A stretch of 64,000 bases of DNA from Lama glama. Taxonomy: Eukaryota. The stretch is taken from contig CM052816.1 of assembly GCA_028534125.1 (NCBI GenBank), positions 93,994,001-94,058,000 of the forward strand, written 5' to 3'. The notes under the pieces were generated by a model, which was not told the DNA's origin, did no database searches, and was given only the letters and a program-made list of their open reading frames with translations. Position 1 is the first letter of the stretch; the number at the start of each line of letters is the position of its first letter. Of this stretch, positions 38,250-51,039 are shown one piece after another. A program made the translations under genes and the position numbers.

Positions 38250-38480
38250 GGAAGGGCAGAGAGTGGGCTGGCTCAGGACAGAGCAGCTGTTTCATCCAGG
38301 GAAGCCCCGGAGGCGCTGTGTGCCAGGAACATAGGAACAGAGACCTGACTAAAGGGAGGAAGCGAGTCATGGTGCCTCCTTGAGAAAGAGTATTTCAGGC
38401 AGAGGGAAGATGCTTCAGGCAAGAGTAATCTTGGGAGAAGAGAGCAGGGAGGAAACTGGTGAGGGATGGGGCCCGGGGTA
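38250..38480 (-). mobile_element. L2 fragment
   Basis: cagagacctgactaaagggaggaagcgagtcatg...agagtatttcaggcagaggga. Confidence 0.65.
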
Positions 38481-38730
38481 AGTCTATAGAGACCCTAACT
38501 GATTTGCAAACCTCAGCCACTGCGTTGGGTGCTTGAAGATTTCTCTAACGTGGCGGGAGACACTACTGCCCACAGAGGTTGCCTTTACCTTGAAATCTCA
38601 TCCTGCATGTTGTCTGGATACGTCACTCCAATTAACGTTTGACTGTATAGGATTCTGTACAGACCCCAAGTGAGGGCTCATCTTTCACCTGTAACTAGAA
38701 TGTAAACTGCTTCATGGCAGTGATAATACA

Positions 38731-38771
<41 letters not shown>
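38731..38771. repeat. (TG)n microsatellite
   Basis: Direct reading. Confidence 0.95.
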
Positions 38772-38772
<1 letters not shown>

Positions 38773-41330
38773 ACAAGTGTGTTTATTTCATGTTTATTCC
38801 ACTAAAGCAACTAGAAGATAATAGAGATTATATTTTTTCATTAATCAATTCTAACAGACACATTAGAGCAGAAACTATGAATTTGGTTATAATTCTTTTG
38901 TCATGTGTCCTGTGAACTTCCTATGTATTCACTGGAATTATCTTAAATTTTATAATATAGCTTTCACAATACAAGTTTGAACAGAATTTTATGTGCATTA
39001 TCATGTGTTGTGATCCAGTTTATAGTCACGAGAGACAAAGTTTATTTTGATCTCGTTTGATAAACAGCTCAACAATCTCTTTGGGAAACCAAATGGCTTC
39101 CCAGAGGCTATAAAGTTAATAAGTGGTGGGGACTAGGGTTGAGCCAAGGTTGTCAGGCTCCTGTTTACTTTCCTCTAACTTTATCAAAAGGCAAAATGAC
39201 TTTAAAATACTGCAAAGTAAGATTAAAGCTATAAACATTAAAAAGATTATTACTATGGGTCTTAAAAAAGTGAGAATCAATATTCTGTTCATTAAATTGG
39301 AGTCATGCCCCTGATAAATCAATGCTCTTGGCGCTGTATTTGCCTGGCTGTAAGGAGGACTACTTTTAAAATGTTATATTTCTAAAATATTGGCACAACA
39401 CAAAATGATAGCTTTCAGAGGAGCTAAATTTCTAACAGCAGAAGTTGCATCACGTGCTCTTTGGAGAAATGAAAGATTCACTCTAACACCTTGGCCACAA
39501 GTGACCAGAATTCCAATGTGACCATTTTCAAATCTTAATATTAAATATTAAAAGTCTTGAATTATTTTCAGGGAAAAAAATTCAAGAATGATATAAGGCC
39601 AAGGAGTGGATGAGAATTTTAAAAGTATCCTTGACTCTGATTCTTTTACAAAACTAGCAGATGAATGGCTGGCAAATCATGCATGATCATCTACAGAAGG
39701 TAAATTCTCACTTTCATAATTACTCAACCTACAGTTTTCTCCCTTCCCATTAACTGTAGCAAACTCTGAATCCAAGTTCGGATTCTTTCAGCCTCTCAGA
39801 TCTGTACTTGAGACTTTCTTGATTTCCTCAAGTGAATGAATAGGAAGGAAATGTAAAAATACGTCAAACATTACAAAAACTTACGTGGTGGGTTAAATCT
39901 GCTGCCGAAAGCCCACGTAATGACTTCCAAAACAAGTGAAGAGGGTTGGCTTCTCCATGCAATAATTTACCTTTATTAGCCTGATGATTGGGATATCTAC
40001 AGCCTAGAATCACAACCTGCGTGGTGCTCGTTCTTTGATTCCTGGCTTATCTATCAGAATTTGCAAACTGGGAACGTAAGACTTCAGTTTTGGAGAAATG
40101 TGCCATAAAGCCATTTGAAATGTTGGCATTGTCATTGCAAGCATGTAATATTCAACAGATGATAGATAATTAAGTCACACGCCTTTATTTCCAACATATC
40201 TCATGCAGGGCAACTCATAAATAGAACTGAAGGCAAAAATTGCATTGCTAAATTCTTTAATAATTAAAGTAAGTATGATACAACGTATACGAAAGTATTA
40301 GGCCTAAAGAACACTATATCTAGCTGTAAGATTTAGACGTGGGCTGTAGGGCTTTACATTATAGAAATTTAGTTAGAAAAAAAATCCAGAAAATAGCTAA
40401 GCCCGTGCAAAATAAGACGATTTTTACATTAGGAAATTGAAATACAATTTTTGATTTTACAGCAAATAACGGCTCTTTTTCAGTGAAAGTGTCCATCCCA
40501 GACTTCAAAAAATTTGGCTAGTTCATTGGACTTGACTCATACAACCAGAATTACAAGAGCCTTTCTTTAGATGAAGTGCTACTTCTCATGTTATGTGTAT
40601 GCACATCTCAATATGTTCCACATATTGGGAAACTCATCATTTTGTTATCTGGCTTTATTTTTGAGGAGAATCCAAATAAATATTTTTAGATGTTCGTATT
40701 TTAAAACTGTAACATAAAATTATAAGCGATCTAGGAACATACTGACTTTTATGAATGTAAGTGGATGCTGTATATTCATCTAGAGATTGTTTACTGTTTA
40801 ATTTGTGAGCAGGATTTTTAAGAGAAGTACTTTTACTGACTTGAAATGACAAGAGGTTTTGCCACACCTATTCACCAAAATGTAATAGTACCTACTGAAT
40901 GATTGAGTAGTTTTTCCTCTCTGGAGAGGAAAATTATATGTCATTATTCTCGATGACAAATAAACTTCTAACCAGTGACCTAAGATCTAATGAAAGATAT
41001 TAATGGGTTTTCTACAATCTATTTTCCACGAAACATTATTTCTCAAGGAAGCTGAGATTCTCCATGTCAGGGGTACACAGGAGAAAATTTCTCTGGATTT
41101 TTTCAAAGATATTCCTGTCAGCCTTTTCTTTAACAGTCCCCCTCCATCCCACAATGCCACGCCTACTGACTCTGTCACTATTCTAACATATTGTGTTCCA
41201 AACAAAATATTCAGCATTTTGCAAAAAAGATTAATAAGTTACTTTCAGTGCTGGTGTTCAAACATGCAACAAAACTAATCACCTTCCCAAATGTAAAAAT
41301 ATGCAAAAAGAAGAAAAGAGCATATTATAC

Positions 41331-41386
41331 GTAACAATATCAAACATGAACAATATCAAACCATAACAGAAGTAACAATATCAAAC
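41331..41386. repeat. Short dispersed-tandem repeat AACAATATCAAAC x3
   Basis: Direct reading. Confidence 0.85.
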
Positions 41387-42925
41387 TCTATTCCCTGGTG
41401 AGGAATAAATAAGCTTTTGCTACAAGCTTTAGGTAAACATTCAGTACATTATGGTGGCTTTGATTCTCCTGACCAGTTTTACCAATCAAATGTGAAGTCA
41501 AATTGGTCATTTGCAAGGCTGAATTTGATCCTTGTTTGTCATGTTTTATTTTGTACATATCTTGCTCTATTTAAAGAGTAGAGTGAGTCTATGGAGGTAA
41601 TGTGGGTATTTGAATGAAAAATAGGGTCTTCAAGCATCTCTAGTGTGTATACACGTCACCAAGGCTACCACCGTTGTCCATTATAAGTGAAGCGTTCCTT
41701 TTTTGATAGTTATTTCGAAAGTTTTATTTAACTAAAAATCCTTTACTTTGTAAATTGTATTCTTTCTTCAAAGTCTTGTCATCTACGAATATTCCCTAAC
41801 CATCCTCACCCTGATCTCTCTCTTCTACGAACTCTGAAACGTGCATTTTCTGTGCACAGCGCTAGCAGACTCCCAGCAAAATCCATTTTCATGTGAATAC
41901 AAGTATTTTTTGTTTTACAAATGAAGTGTTGGGTGATACCGTTCATAATTTATTTCCTCCCGTGTGTGTGCCTCCCACAGTTCAGTGCACATAATGGATG
42001 CCCATAAACTTTTCTTGATTAATTCACAGATATGCACAGATATCAGTATAAGTCCATATCAAAAAACTTTGCCTAACAGGTAAAACATGACTCCCCTCAG
42101 AGCAAGTGACATGAGCTTAGCCCTCTACACCTCACTGCTGTTTCAATTACTGTAAAGTAGTTCATTTATAATAATAGTTAATGGCCATGCCTGCTCATTA
42201 TGACAGATTTCCAGTACAGAGAAATATTTTCAAAATTAAAAGGAAATTTAAAAATCTTATTGCCACCTTTAATTTTTAATCAGGAAAGAAATCCCACTGG
42301 GGCAATAAAAAAACACTACACTGATTATCTATTTCATTCTTGTTTCTGGTACAGGGGCAGTAGCTGGACCCATTTTCGAAACAGTGAGGAAAAACAAATA
42401 CATTCGGGCTTAAAGCAACAATAGTAACTTCGAATAAAATTGTGAGAAAGTAATGAGAAAATAGAAGCCTCTGGAAAACAATAAACCAAAGATGAAACCT
42501 ATTATAAATTATTCCCTAAAAAAAACACTGGTTAAATGTGTATTTTCTTTTTTTATATTTAAAGTTTTTTGCGTTTAAAATATTTTATTTTTATTATTGT
42601 TATAAAAATGTTAATTTCTTAAGGGAATGGAGTTTATTTTTTATTGAAGTGTATCTGATTGTGTACAGCAAACAGGGTTGGAGCTAAAGGTATATTTTCT
42701 TATTAGAGGTCAGAAATTTCTGTTGTCTGACAGTTAGGAAGAGGAGAGGGTGAAATAATTGGTTCCCTGACCCATGTCTCCTCTTGTTGCAGGGAACAGG
42801 CATCTATATTATAAATCAAGCTGACCTAACAATCTTACCTGTAGGTTTTCTCGTTAGAAAAGTGAAAACAATTGGGTCAGTATACTGAGAACACAGAAAT
42901 GTCAAATCATTTTTGCCCTTGCTGG

Positions 42926-42972
42926 CAAAAACAAAAACAAAAACAAAAAATAAACAAACAAACAAACAAAAC
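42926..42972. repeat. (CAAAAA)n/(CAAA)n repeat
   Basis: Direct reading. Confidence 0.9.
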
Positions 42973-43819
42973 CCCTTATTCTACCACTAAAGCTAAAATA
43001 TGCAGTCGCCATGTATATGAATCTAAGTAATGTAAAAAGAAAATTTTATCATTTGAAAAGAAATGTAAGAAAAATAATGAAAATAATGCCTAGACCTGAT
43101 GTTTTTGTACACAGAAAGACTGAGTAGGAGGGAAACTTGGAGATTATATAAGCCTGTCTCCAATACACTTTGAGAATTCTTACTTGACTAGTGGTTATCT
43201 AGTTTTTCCCTACTTCCAAAAATGGGACACTCAAAGCTGTTAATTTTACTACATGTAATATGAGAATGTGAGGCACAATATTTACTGAATAGCTAGTTTA
43301 TAAAACATATTAAACTGGCAATTTTTCGTATGTTCTAACTTCATAATTTTAGTCATTCTATTAGCTAGAAAATGCTTCTTGAAATCTTTTTGGTGAAATA
43401 CTGTTTAAAAACTTTTTTTTTCTAATCTGTCCAGCAGGATAGTTTGGTAAAATAAAATAAATTGTCATGGTAATATCAAATTGCTTTACAGCTTCTAAAC
43501 TCTTACTCTTAATTTCTGTTTACTTATTCAGTTTAACTGATTAATAAATATTTTGAGGGCAAAAAAATAGCCCATGGGCCACACTTTGGGTAGTATGAGA
43601 TAGAAAAAAATATGAGAAAACTGCATGTTTTAATTTATTATCACTATTATTGTACATATTGATACATTCTGGGGTTTTGGTTTTGTTTTTTTCTGCTTGT
43701 TCGGGGTTTTGCTGTGTTGTGTTTTGTGGTAAGGTAATAGCACAAGATATTTACTTTTTAAAAGACCCTCCAATGGCTCTGTGTCCAGCTTTTTATTAGA
43801 ACCCAATTAGTTGTCCTGA

Positions 43820-44030
43820 TTACAGCTGAAGAAGCAAGGATGGTAGAAAAGTGAAAAAATATGAGAAACATTGAGAGGGTGAATGATGGTGAAGGAAGGT
43901 GGAGATGGACGAGTCAAACATGATTTCTAGGATGCAGTTCTGACGTCCTGGGGTGGTGATTTTACCAATTCTTCTTAGACAGGAAGCACTGCAAGTCAAG
44001 TTTTTAGGACGCATAGAGACGTTCAGTGGT
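43820..44030 (-). mobile_element. L2 fragment
   Basis: gagtcaaacatgatttctagg...ggtggtga...gttcagt. Confidence 0.5.
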
Positions 44031-44534
44031 TTTCAGGTGTTTTTGAAGTCTTAATCCATCTGGCAGTCTTTCCCTGGGTGGTCAGATGAGCTACCTAGAG
44101 TTGACCACCACATTGACGGCAAGTGCCTGGTGCAGAGTGTTTAATAAGCACCTGTAGCATGAATTAAGGGATGACAAAAGCATCCACATTTAATGGGTCC
44201 CTTTCTACTAAAAAAGCTAAATGAAATTTGTCAAATTATATCATCACTTGTTTCAAAACGTATCATAAAACATGTAAGCTATTCCATTTTTTTAAAGTCA
44301 CTGTTCATAGAGAAATACTCTGGATGAAACCTCATGGTTGTGGCTTGCATGTTATGAAGACATAATAATTATTCATTGAGTTAAAGTATTCATTTCTCAT
44401 GTACTTGGAGGATAGTATACTGCAAAGCAGAGACTTCCATACCCTCTTTTCCAATTTTCATTTCTGTTTCTTTTCTTGTATATATATTTCTTTGTAAGTG
44501 AACAAAATGTAAACTCACAGCTTAATCTTGTGTA

Positions 44535-44620
44535 ATAAAAGTGATGCTGTACACCAGAAATTAATACAACATTGTAAACCAACTATACTTGAATAAAAAA
44601 GCAAATTTTAAAAAAGAAAA
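44535..44620 (+). mobile_element. Tiny L1 3' tip (cetartiodactyl-type)
   Basis: tgctgtacaccagaaattaatacaacattgtaaaccaactatacttgaataaaaaa. Confidence 0.8.
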
Positions 44621-45129
44621 GAACACAAGGAAACTGGAATAACAAAAAAAAGTGATGGCAGTGAGCATACATTATTCCACAGTTTAATGTGTATGTCTCT
44701 CAGGTTTCTGTTTAAGTTATGATAAAGCATAATTTTCAAAATTAAAAACACAGCACTCATACAAATATAAATAAATGTGTCAAAATTTTTATTCATCAGT
44801 TAATGAGAAAATCTGTCAAATGGTAAGTCAGGATCCTAGGTATCCTAGGTAAATATATATAACGAAGGAAGACTAAAATGAATTTACAAGTAGAAACAAA
44901 ACTTGTTAACATCCTACAGGGAAAACATTATAATTTGGGGGACTATCTTTTCTATAGACAGTAACTTACAAGTGAACATGGAATTTCACAGTACCTAGGC
45001 TCTAATAAATGACTGTCAAACACAGGTGTATTCTTGATAATAACATAATCTTAGGGTAAGCCAATGGAATTGAAAGGATTCACAGCTATTCTTTTGTTTT
45101 ATTTCCAATATTTGGTTAATTTTTGTGAA

Positions 45130-46310
45130 TGGTTACATCATTGTTTGCTGTTAGATTTTGAGAGATAACATTTACCTATTTAATGAAATTTCATTCTGTT
45201 CCAAGGTAAAGATTTTTTTCCAACATTACTCATGATATGGCATTTTATTATGGATCACTTGTTCTTGCTTCTTTAGTCTGATAGTTTATGATTATCTAAC
45301 ATTAAAGCATACTTGCAAGGCTAAAATAAACCATAACACTCATGATATTTTGTTTTAGAAATACCTTATTTGATTTGCTCATAATTTGTTCAGAATTTTT
45401 TACATCTAAGCAAAATGAGGTTAACTTATAATATTTATTTTAACTGAATTTTAATAGCATGGTTTTGATTTTGACATTACTAGCTTTAGAAAGTGAATTA
45501 GATAGAATTACTGCTTTTCTAATTTCTAGAAGAGATTTTTTTTTGATGCTATGATACCTTTTTGTAAAGTTTAAGTTAAACATCTGTGAAGTATCTAGAT
45601 TTTGTGCCTTGAAAGTGATGAGGCTTGAGTAGCAATCAAATTTATGTAATGTTTAGTGTTCTAATCATGTTTAGTATTTAATCTGGGTAACGAGTAATTT
45701 TTAGTTACAACATTTTAGAAATTTTTCCTTTTTCCTAATTCAATTATTTTGCATATACTTGTTTATAGTATTATCTTAACTGTCAATTTGTTTGTGGATG
45801 GATGTGGATGTCTGTTTGTTTCAGTCTTGATTTCATTTTATTGGGATATTTCTTATCTGTTTCCTTTTTTTTAGCTTTGTTTATTCTTCATATGTTCATC
45901 TTTTATATTATTCCAAATCTTCAGAGTTTTGTAATGTATCTCAATTATTTTATATTCATTCTACTTCTTTCCATTTAAAAAAATTGGTTATTTTTCAGTT
46001 CCTATGTATCCCTTTTTTTTTTTTTTTGCTTTTCGATAGATCAATTCTTGGCTGATATTCTCTTTCCATAATCTGTTTACTTTTTTATTTATTTTTAACT
46101 TGTATAGTGTAAAATCTACTTTCTAGTATCCATTTTATAGGTTTTGAAAATTCATAGTATGCATTAACCATCACAATTAGAGTACAGAACAGTTTCATAC
46201 TTGCAAAGTTTCTTCTCCCTCTATTCCCTAAAAACCAGATCTGTCCTCTAGTCTAATAATTTTGCCTTCTAAAAAATGTCATATAATTGAATTCTATAAT
46301 TATACTTTAT
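45130..46310 (-). mobile_element. Old L1 (L1ME-like) ORF2/3' fragments
   Basis: T-rich; aaaataaaccataac...atttgatttgctcataatttgttcagaattttttacatct resembles antisense ORF2. Confidence 0.6.
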
Positions 46311-46569
46311 AGTTAAAGAAAAGATGATTTTTTAAAAAAGTAAATCTATACCTTATGTTAATTCTTGGTCAAAGATCAAAGAAAATTCCCTCTTTCAAGG
46401 CTTATAATCAATTAATAATTTTTTTAAATTATTAAATAAAACTCCATAATTCCAAATGACAGAATCATTCAAAAGAGTACTTTTTTCAAATGTATTAAGT
46501 TTTCAACACCAGATAACATGAAATAATAATTAATCTATAGTTAAATTAAACCTGAAAATAGTTTCCTTG

Positions 46570-46581
46570 GCCATCTGCTGG
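46570..46581 (-). promoter_or_regulatory. CTCF core motif (predicted)
   Basis: Minus strand CCAGCAGATGGC fits CCASYAGRKGGC. Confidence 0.35.
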
Positions 46582-46593
46582 TAAAACTCTCTC

Positions 46594-47012
46594 TTTTATT
46601 AATTGAAATATAGTTAATGTACAATATTATGTTAGTTTCAGGTGTTCAACATAGTGATTTGACATTTGCATGCCTCATAAAATGATCACCACGGTAAGTC
46701 TAATAACCGCCTGATGCCATATAAAGTTATCACAGTATTATGGAGTATATTTTTTACTCTGTGTATTTCATCTCCATGGCTTATTTATTTTATAACTGGA
46801 AGTTTGTACCTCTTAATCCTCTTCACCTATTTCACATCACCTTCCCCTCTCCTCCAGCAACCACTCATTTGTTCTCTGTATCTGTGAGTCTATTTTCATT
46901 TTGTTTTGTTTGTTTGAGATTATAAGGCATTTATTTTTGTATGAATTATTTTACGCAGCATAATACCTTCTAGATCTATCTACATTGTTGTGAATGGCAA
47001 GATTTCATCCTT
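46594..47012 (-). mobile_element. 5'-truncated L1 3' end
   Basis: attgaaatatagttaatgtacaatattatgttagtttcaggtgttcaacatagtgatt...aatggcaagatttcatcctt. Confidence 0.85.
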
Positions 47013-47057
47013 CGCTTGAGCCATTTGAAATGTCTGTGTAAACCACTGACACCGCCG

Positions 47058-47076
47058 TACTGCCCCCTAGTGTTGG
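47058..47076 (-). promoter_or_regulatory. CTCF motif (predicted)
   Basis: Minus strand CCAACACTAGGGGGCAGTA, close to consensus. Confidence 0.5.
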
Positions 47077-47729
47077 AAGTCTATCGATACCCAAGAAGAG
47101 TGAAGAAAACCTGGTTGCTGCTTTTGCCTTTGCCGTCTATTCTGCCTTCTTGCTTCCTCATTTTACATCTGAGATGATTAGTAAGGATGACAAGCATAAA
47201 ATCTCATGACATAAATATCAAGGCATATGATATATAATTTATAAATCACTGGTAGAATGCCCAAACCAAGTGGAAATATGCTCTGCTAATTCCAGTTTAT
47301 TTCCCCAGTGGATAAATTATTATCACAGGGAGAAATGATTTAAAAAAATCACTATCTTTGAAGACAGAGTTGTATTGTTCAAGAATTCTAAGGTGTACCT
47401 ATATGGCCATAGTCATTTCATAGCTTAAGAAGGGTCACCAACATCACGTCTGTCACCAGTAACATTCTAGACCACCTGGACCAGTGTACTCTCAGTGTTC
47501 ATTTGGATCATCCAAGAAGCAGACACTAGAATAGGATTAAATGTACAAGAAATTTCTCAGAGCAATTTGGAAAGTACTTGGAAGAGTAGCTGATATGTGT
47601 TGCGTTATATTTGCTATATATGTATTGTATATGCATTGTGTATGTGTATATGTATATGTACTGTGTTACATTTGCCATATGAAGATATACATTGATGAAC
47701 ATTTAAGTTGCTTCCAAAGTTTCCCTATC

Positions 47730-47815
47730 ATGGAGTTGACAGATTTAGCAAAGAAAATTGCAGGATGCCCAGTTAAACTAACTTCAGATGAAGAATTTTT
47801 TTGTATTATATATAT
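47730..47815 (+). mobile_element. MER53 (hAT-type MITE) fragment
   Basis: gttgacagatttagcaaagaaaattgcaggatgcccagttaaa...ttcagat. Confidence 0.75.
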
Positions 47816-50800
47816 TAAGTAATATTTTTTTCAGAAATTGTAAGAAGTTGTGAATGGGTTAAGGTTTTTCTAGCCATGGATAAGTGATACTAAGTGCAAG
47901 AGCAACATTCTTCTAGAGTTCAGAATAGACCTGATTTTAAAGCAAAATTAGATGTAAATACTTCAGAGACATCTCCCTAAATGTAGTTTCAACTTCAATA
48001 TGTATGTATTTCTTTCATATATATTAAGGTAAAAATGTTGTAAGTAATGTAATATTGTAGTGCAAGTAATAAAAAATTCAAAAACATGAAAATGAGAATT
48101 CGGAGTTATCTGCTACAATTTTAACAGCTTGCAGCAGAAGTGTTTTAAAAGGTCTGAACCACTGACAGATGCCTCTACTTTAACGTGATAATTTGCCTAT
48201 AGTTTCTCAAGCATTTCATTTTATATTGAAAAATCAAAGTGCTATCAGGCCAGGTTTTGAAATCACTTGAAATTAAGTTTCTAACTTTAGCTTTGAATCT
48301 TGAAAGAAACTTCTAGGTCTCAATGCACAAGGAAAGCTAATTAGACATATTGAGAGGTGAGAACCTTCACAAATGCTTCACTTCTGAAAATCCAGAACTA
48401 TTTTTAGGAGGGCCATGGGGATTTCTTTCAAAATTTATATGATAATTAGTCTGCATAGTGTTAAAAATGAAAGGTTTACCAAAGGTTGAAGTTTTATCTT
48501 TCCTATGGCCTGAACCGGTGATACCAAGGCACACAGTCTAGTTCCAAATACTTGATTTTCATTTGTATATTTGGTTGCATGATAAGTACTTATTAAATTT
48601 AGTCTTGATACTGTAGATCCATGGATTTCTCTTGACTTCTCATCATCAAACTCAATGCAATAAATTTTTTCACTGAGTCTCACAAAGATATAGTTCAGTA
48701 GACACATATATGGGCCATAAAATCAGGAAAAACAACATGTATCTCATGTATATAGCATTTGTGGAGTCATGTTTTACATGTTCATACATTAAGAATTGTA
48801 AATGTTTTTCTTGTTATATAAAAATCACAGTGTGTTTTGTTGACACAAATTAAGTTTATTTACTTTATCCTTGAAACTTGCAAGAACAGTGTTTGCGTTT
48901 GGGTCATCATTGTGACTTCAAAGTTCATACGTGTACTTTATGTTATCTTATGAGAATTAAAGAAATGGAATAAACTCAATAAATTTAGGATTGTTAAACT
49001 TCTATGTATTTATTCCATGATGCCAATCACCCAGTGATTGTACTTGAAACTATAGCTTAGCATATAGCTAATTATAGTATGAATATATTATGTGCAAATA
49101 TACAATTATAATATTATAAATATCAAGTTCTTATTTGTTTTTAAAGTTGTCCAAGATTCTTATAGTTTTGAAAATAATTTAACATTCAAAAACTTATTTA
49201 TTCAAGGTAATAATTTGTGTTTATAAAAATGTATGTAGATATAATATACACATATTTTTAATAAATATATAATATATTTGTAAATTATACAAATGTAATA
49301 GACTGCAAACATACATGAGAATCAACCATTGGTTACACCTATAGAAATGGTGCCATTTTTTCCTTTGGTACAAAGCATGCGTGGGCCACCTGCTACTCCT
49401 GATCTATGAGTAATTATAAGGATCATTTTACCTATGATTTGCAAATACCTGATTCTGACTTCTTCAGCAGTTAATTCATTCTTTTTTCTAGGAAAGGATT
49501 TGCTATTTCATTTTGAAAGGTAGTGGGGGAAAGTAGCTTGTTTTCTTATGTTTGTATAATCATAATGAAAGTTGTAAAACTTCAATATAAAATTTTAACA
49601 TCCATAACTCTGTTGTTGGCTACTATCACTCAGTAAATATTGCTAACCCTTTATTGTGAAATATCCAGGTATCTCTAGTTCTGTGATGCAATGTATATAA
49701 TTTAATTCTTTTACTCATATAATCAAAAATAGTAATAAAAGCTAGTGTTAAATGTAGGCTATCGCTGAAGGAGGAGCCACCAGTGTTGCACGCGGAGAAG
49801 CATGATCACTGAGTTCTGTAACATACTGCGTATGTCCCTCTGCTAGCCGACAAGAGGTGCTTCTCTTCTCTCAAAAAGGCACAATTGTTTTTTTCAACTG
49901 CTCCCACTATTCCAAAGAAGAAGAGAAAGAAACCATCGTAAGCAGTCACAGCAAAGAGTTTTGTAGAACACACATTGGAAGGGGGTCACCTCCTTGAGTT
50001 CTGATATTACACGGGAAGGTACAGGAGGGAAAAAGTAGTCCTGTATCATTAGCACAGAGTAGCAGTTAGTTAAAGGGGCCGAGACAATTACTCTGTGCAG
50101 ATGAACGGAATGTCATAGCTTTGGAGGCAGGAAAATACTGACATTCTATTTGAATCATAAATATGAAAGTACAGGAAAATCCAAAGAGGGCCAGGTTAGA
50201 AACTATTTCCATAGCCAAACCTGCCCTGAAGTTCCAACAAACCTCTGTATTTATGGAACCCTGTAGACGATGATCTGGTACATATTAGGTCTAAGTGTGT
50301 TTGCTTATTAACTACTTAGAAAAAGTATTATTGCATTGTGTAGTGTGGTCAGTAATTCTTGTCTCAAACTGTTAATAACATAATATTGTAAATCAAATAT
50401 ATTTAAACTTAAAAAAAAAAAACAAACACCAGAGCCTTTGGTGTAGTTGCTGATAAGTATCTTAATGTGCTGGCCACTAACAGACAATGCAGCGAGGACG
50501 CAGATCGTTGGTGAGGGGATTGCAGTGTTGACAGAATGTTTTCTTGTCAAGGCCAGACAAACAGCACATCCAAGATGACATCAGTTGTGGAGTTCTGTGA
50601 CCCGTGTTATTCCTCTGAGTCCTTTCCCAGGCTTTATTTTTATGTCTGATCTTACTAGCTACAATTGGACTCAGCAGGATGACATTATCTCTCTGTAGAT
50701 TAATTTTCTCTTTCCTTGGTCTTGCTGCCCATACATTAGGTCAATGAACCAATCAAAATATCAGACAGATCATTTCATGTTAGATTTCAAAATATCTTGT

Positions 50801-50867
50801 CAAACAATGCCTTATTATTTTAATGGGGGGCTGTATTTTCCTTGAGAAAACCATCATGAGAGTCTTC

Positions 50868-50990
50868 TTTAACTTTGGCTGTGCTTTGGAATCATTCAGG
50901 AAGCTCCCAATACCCAGCTGCACCCATCCAAGGCCCAATCAGCTACATCGGAATTAAGCTCCCTTGGGGATTCCTGGGAGTTTAACATAA
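50868..50990. mobile_element. MER5A-like (hAT-Charlie) fragment
   Basis: aactttggctgtgctttggaatcattcaggaagct...ccaatc. Confidence 0.5.
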
Positions 50991-51039
50991 AGAAATCATG
51001 TGAGGAATAGTTCCAAAAGATTTACTCAATCCAATAATG

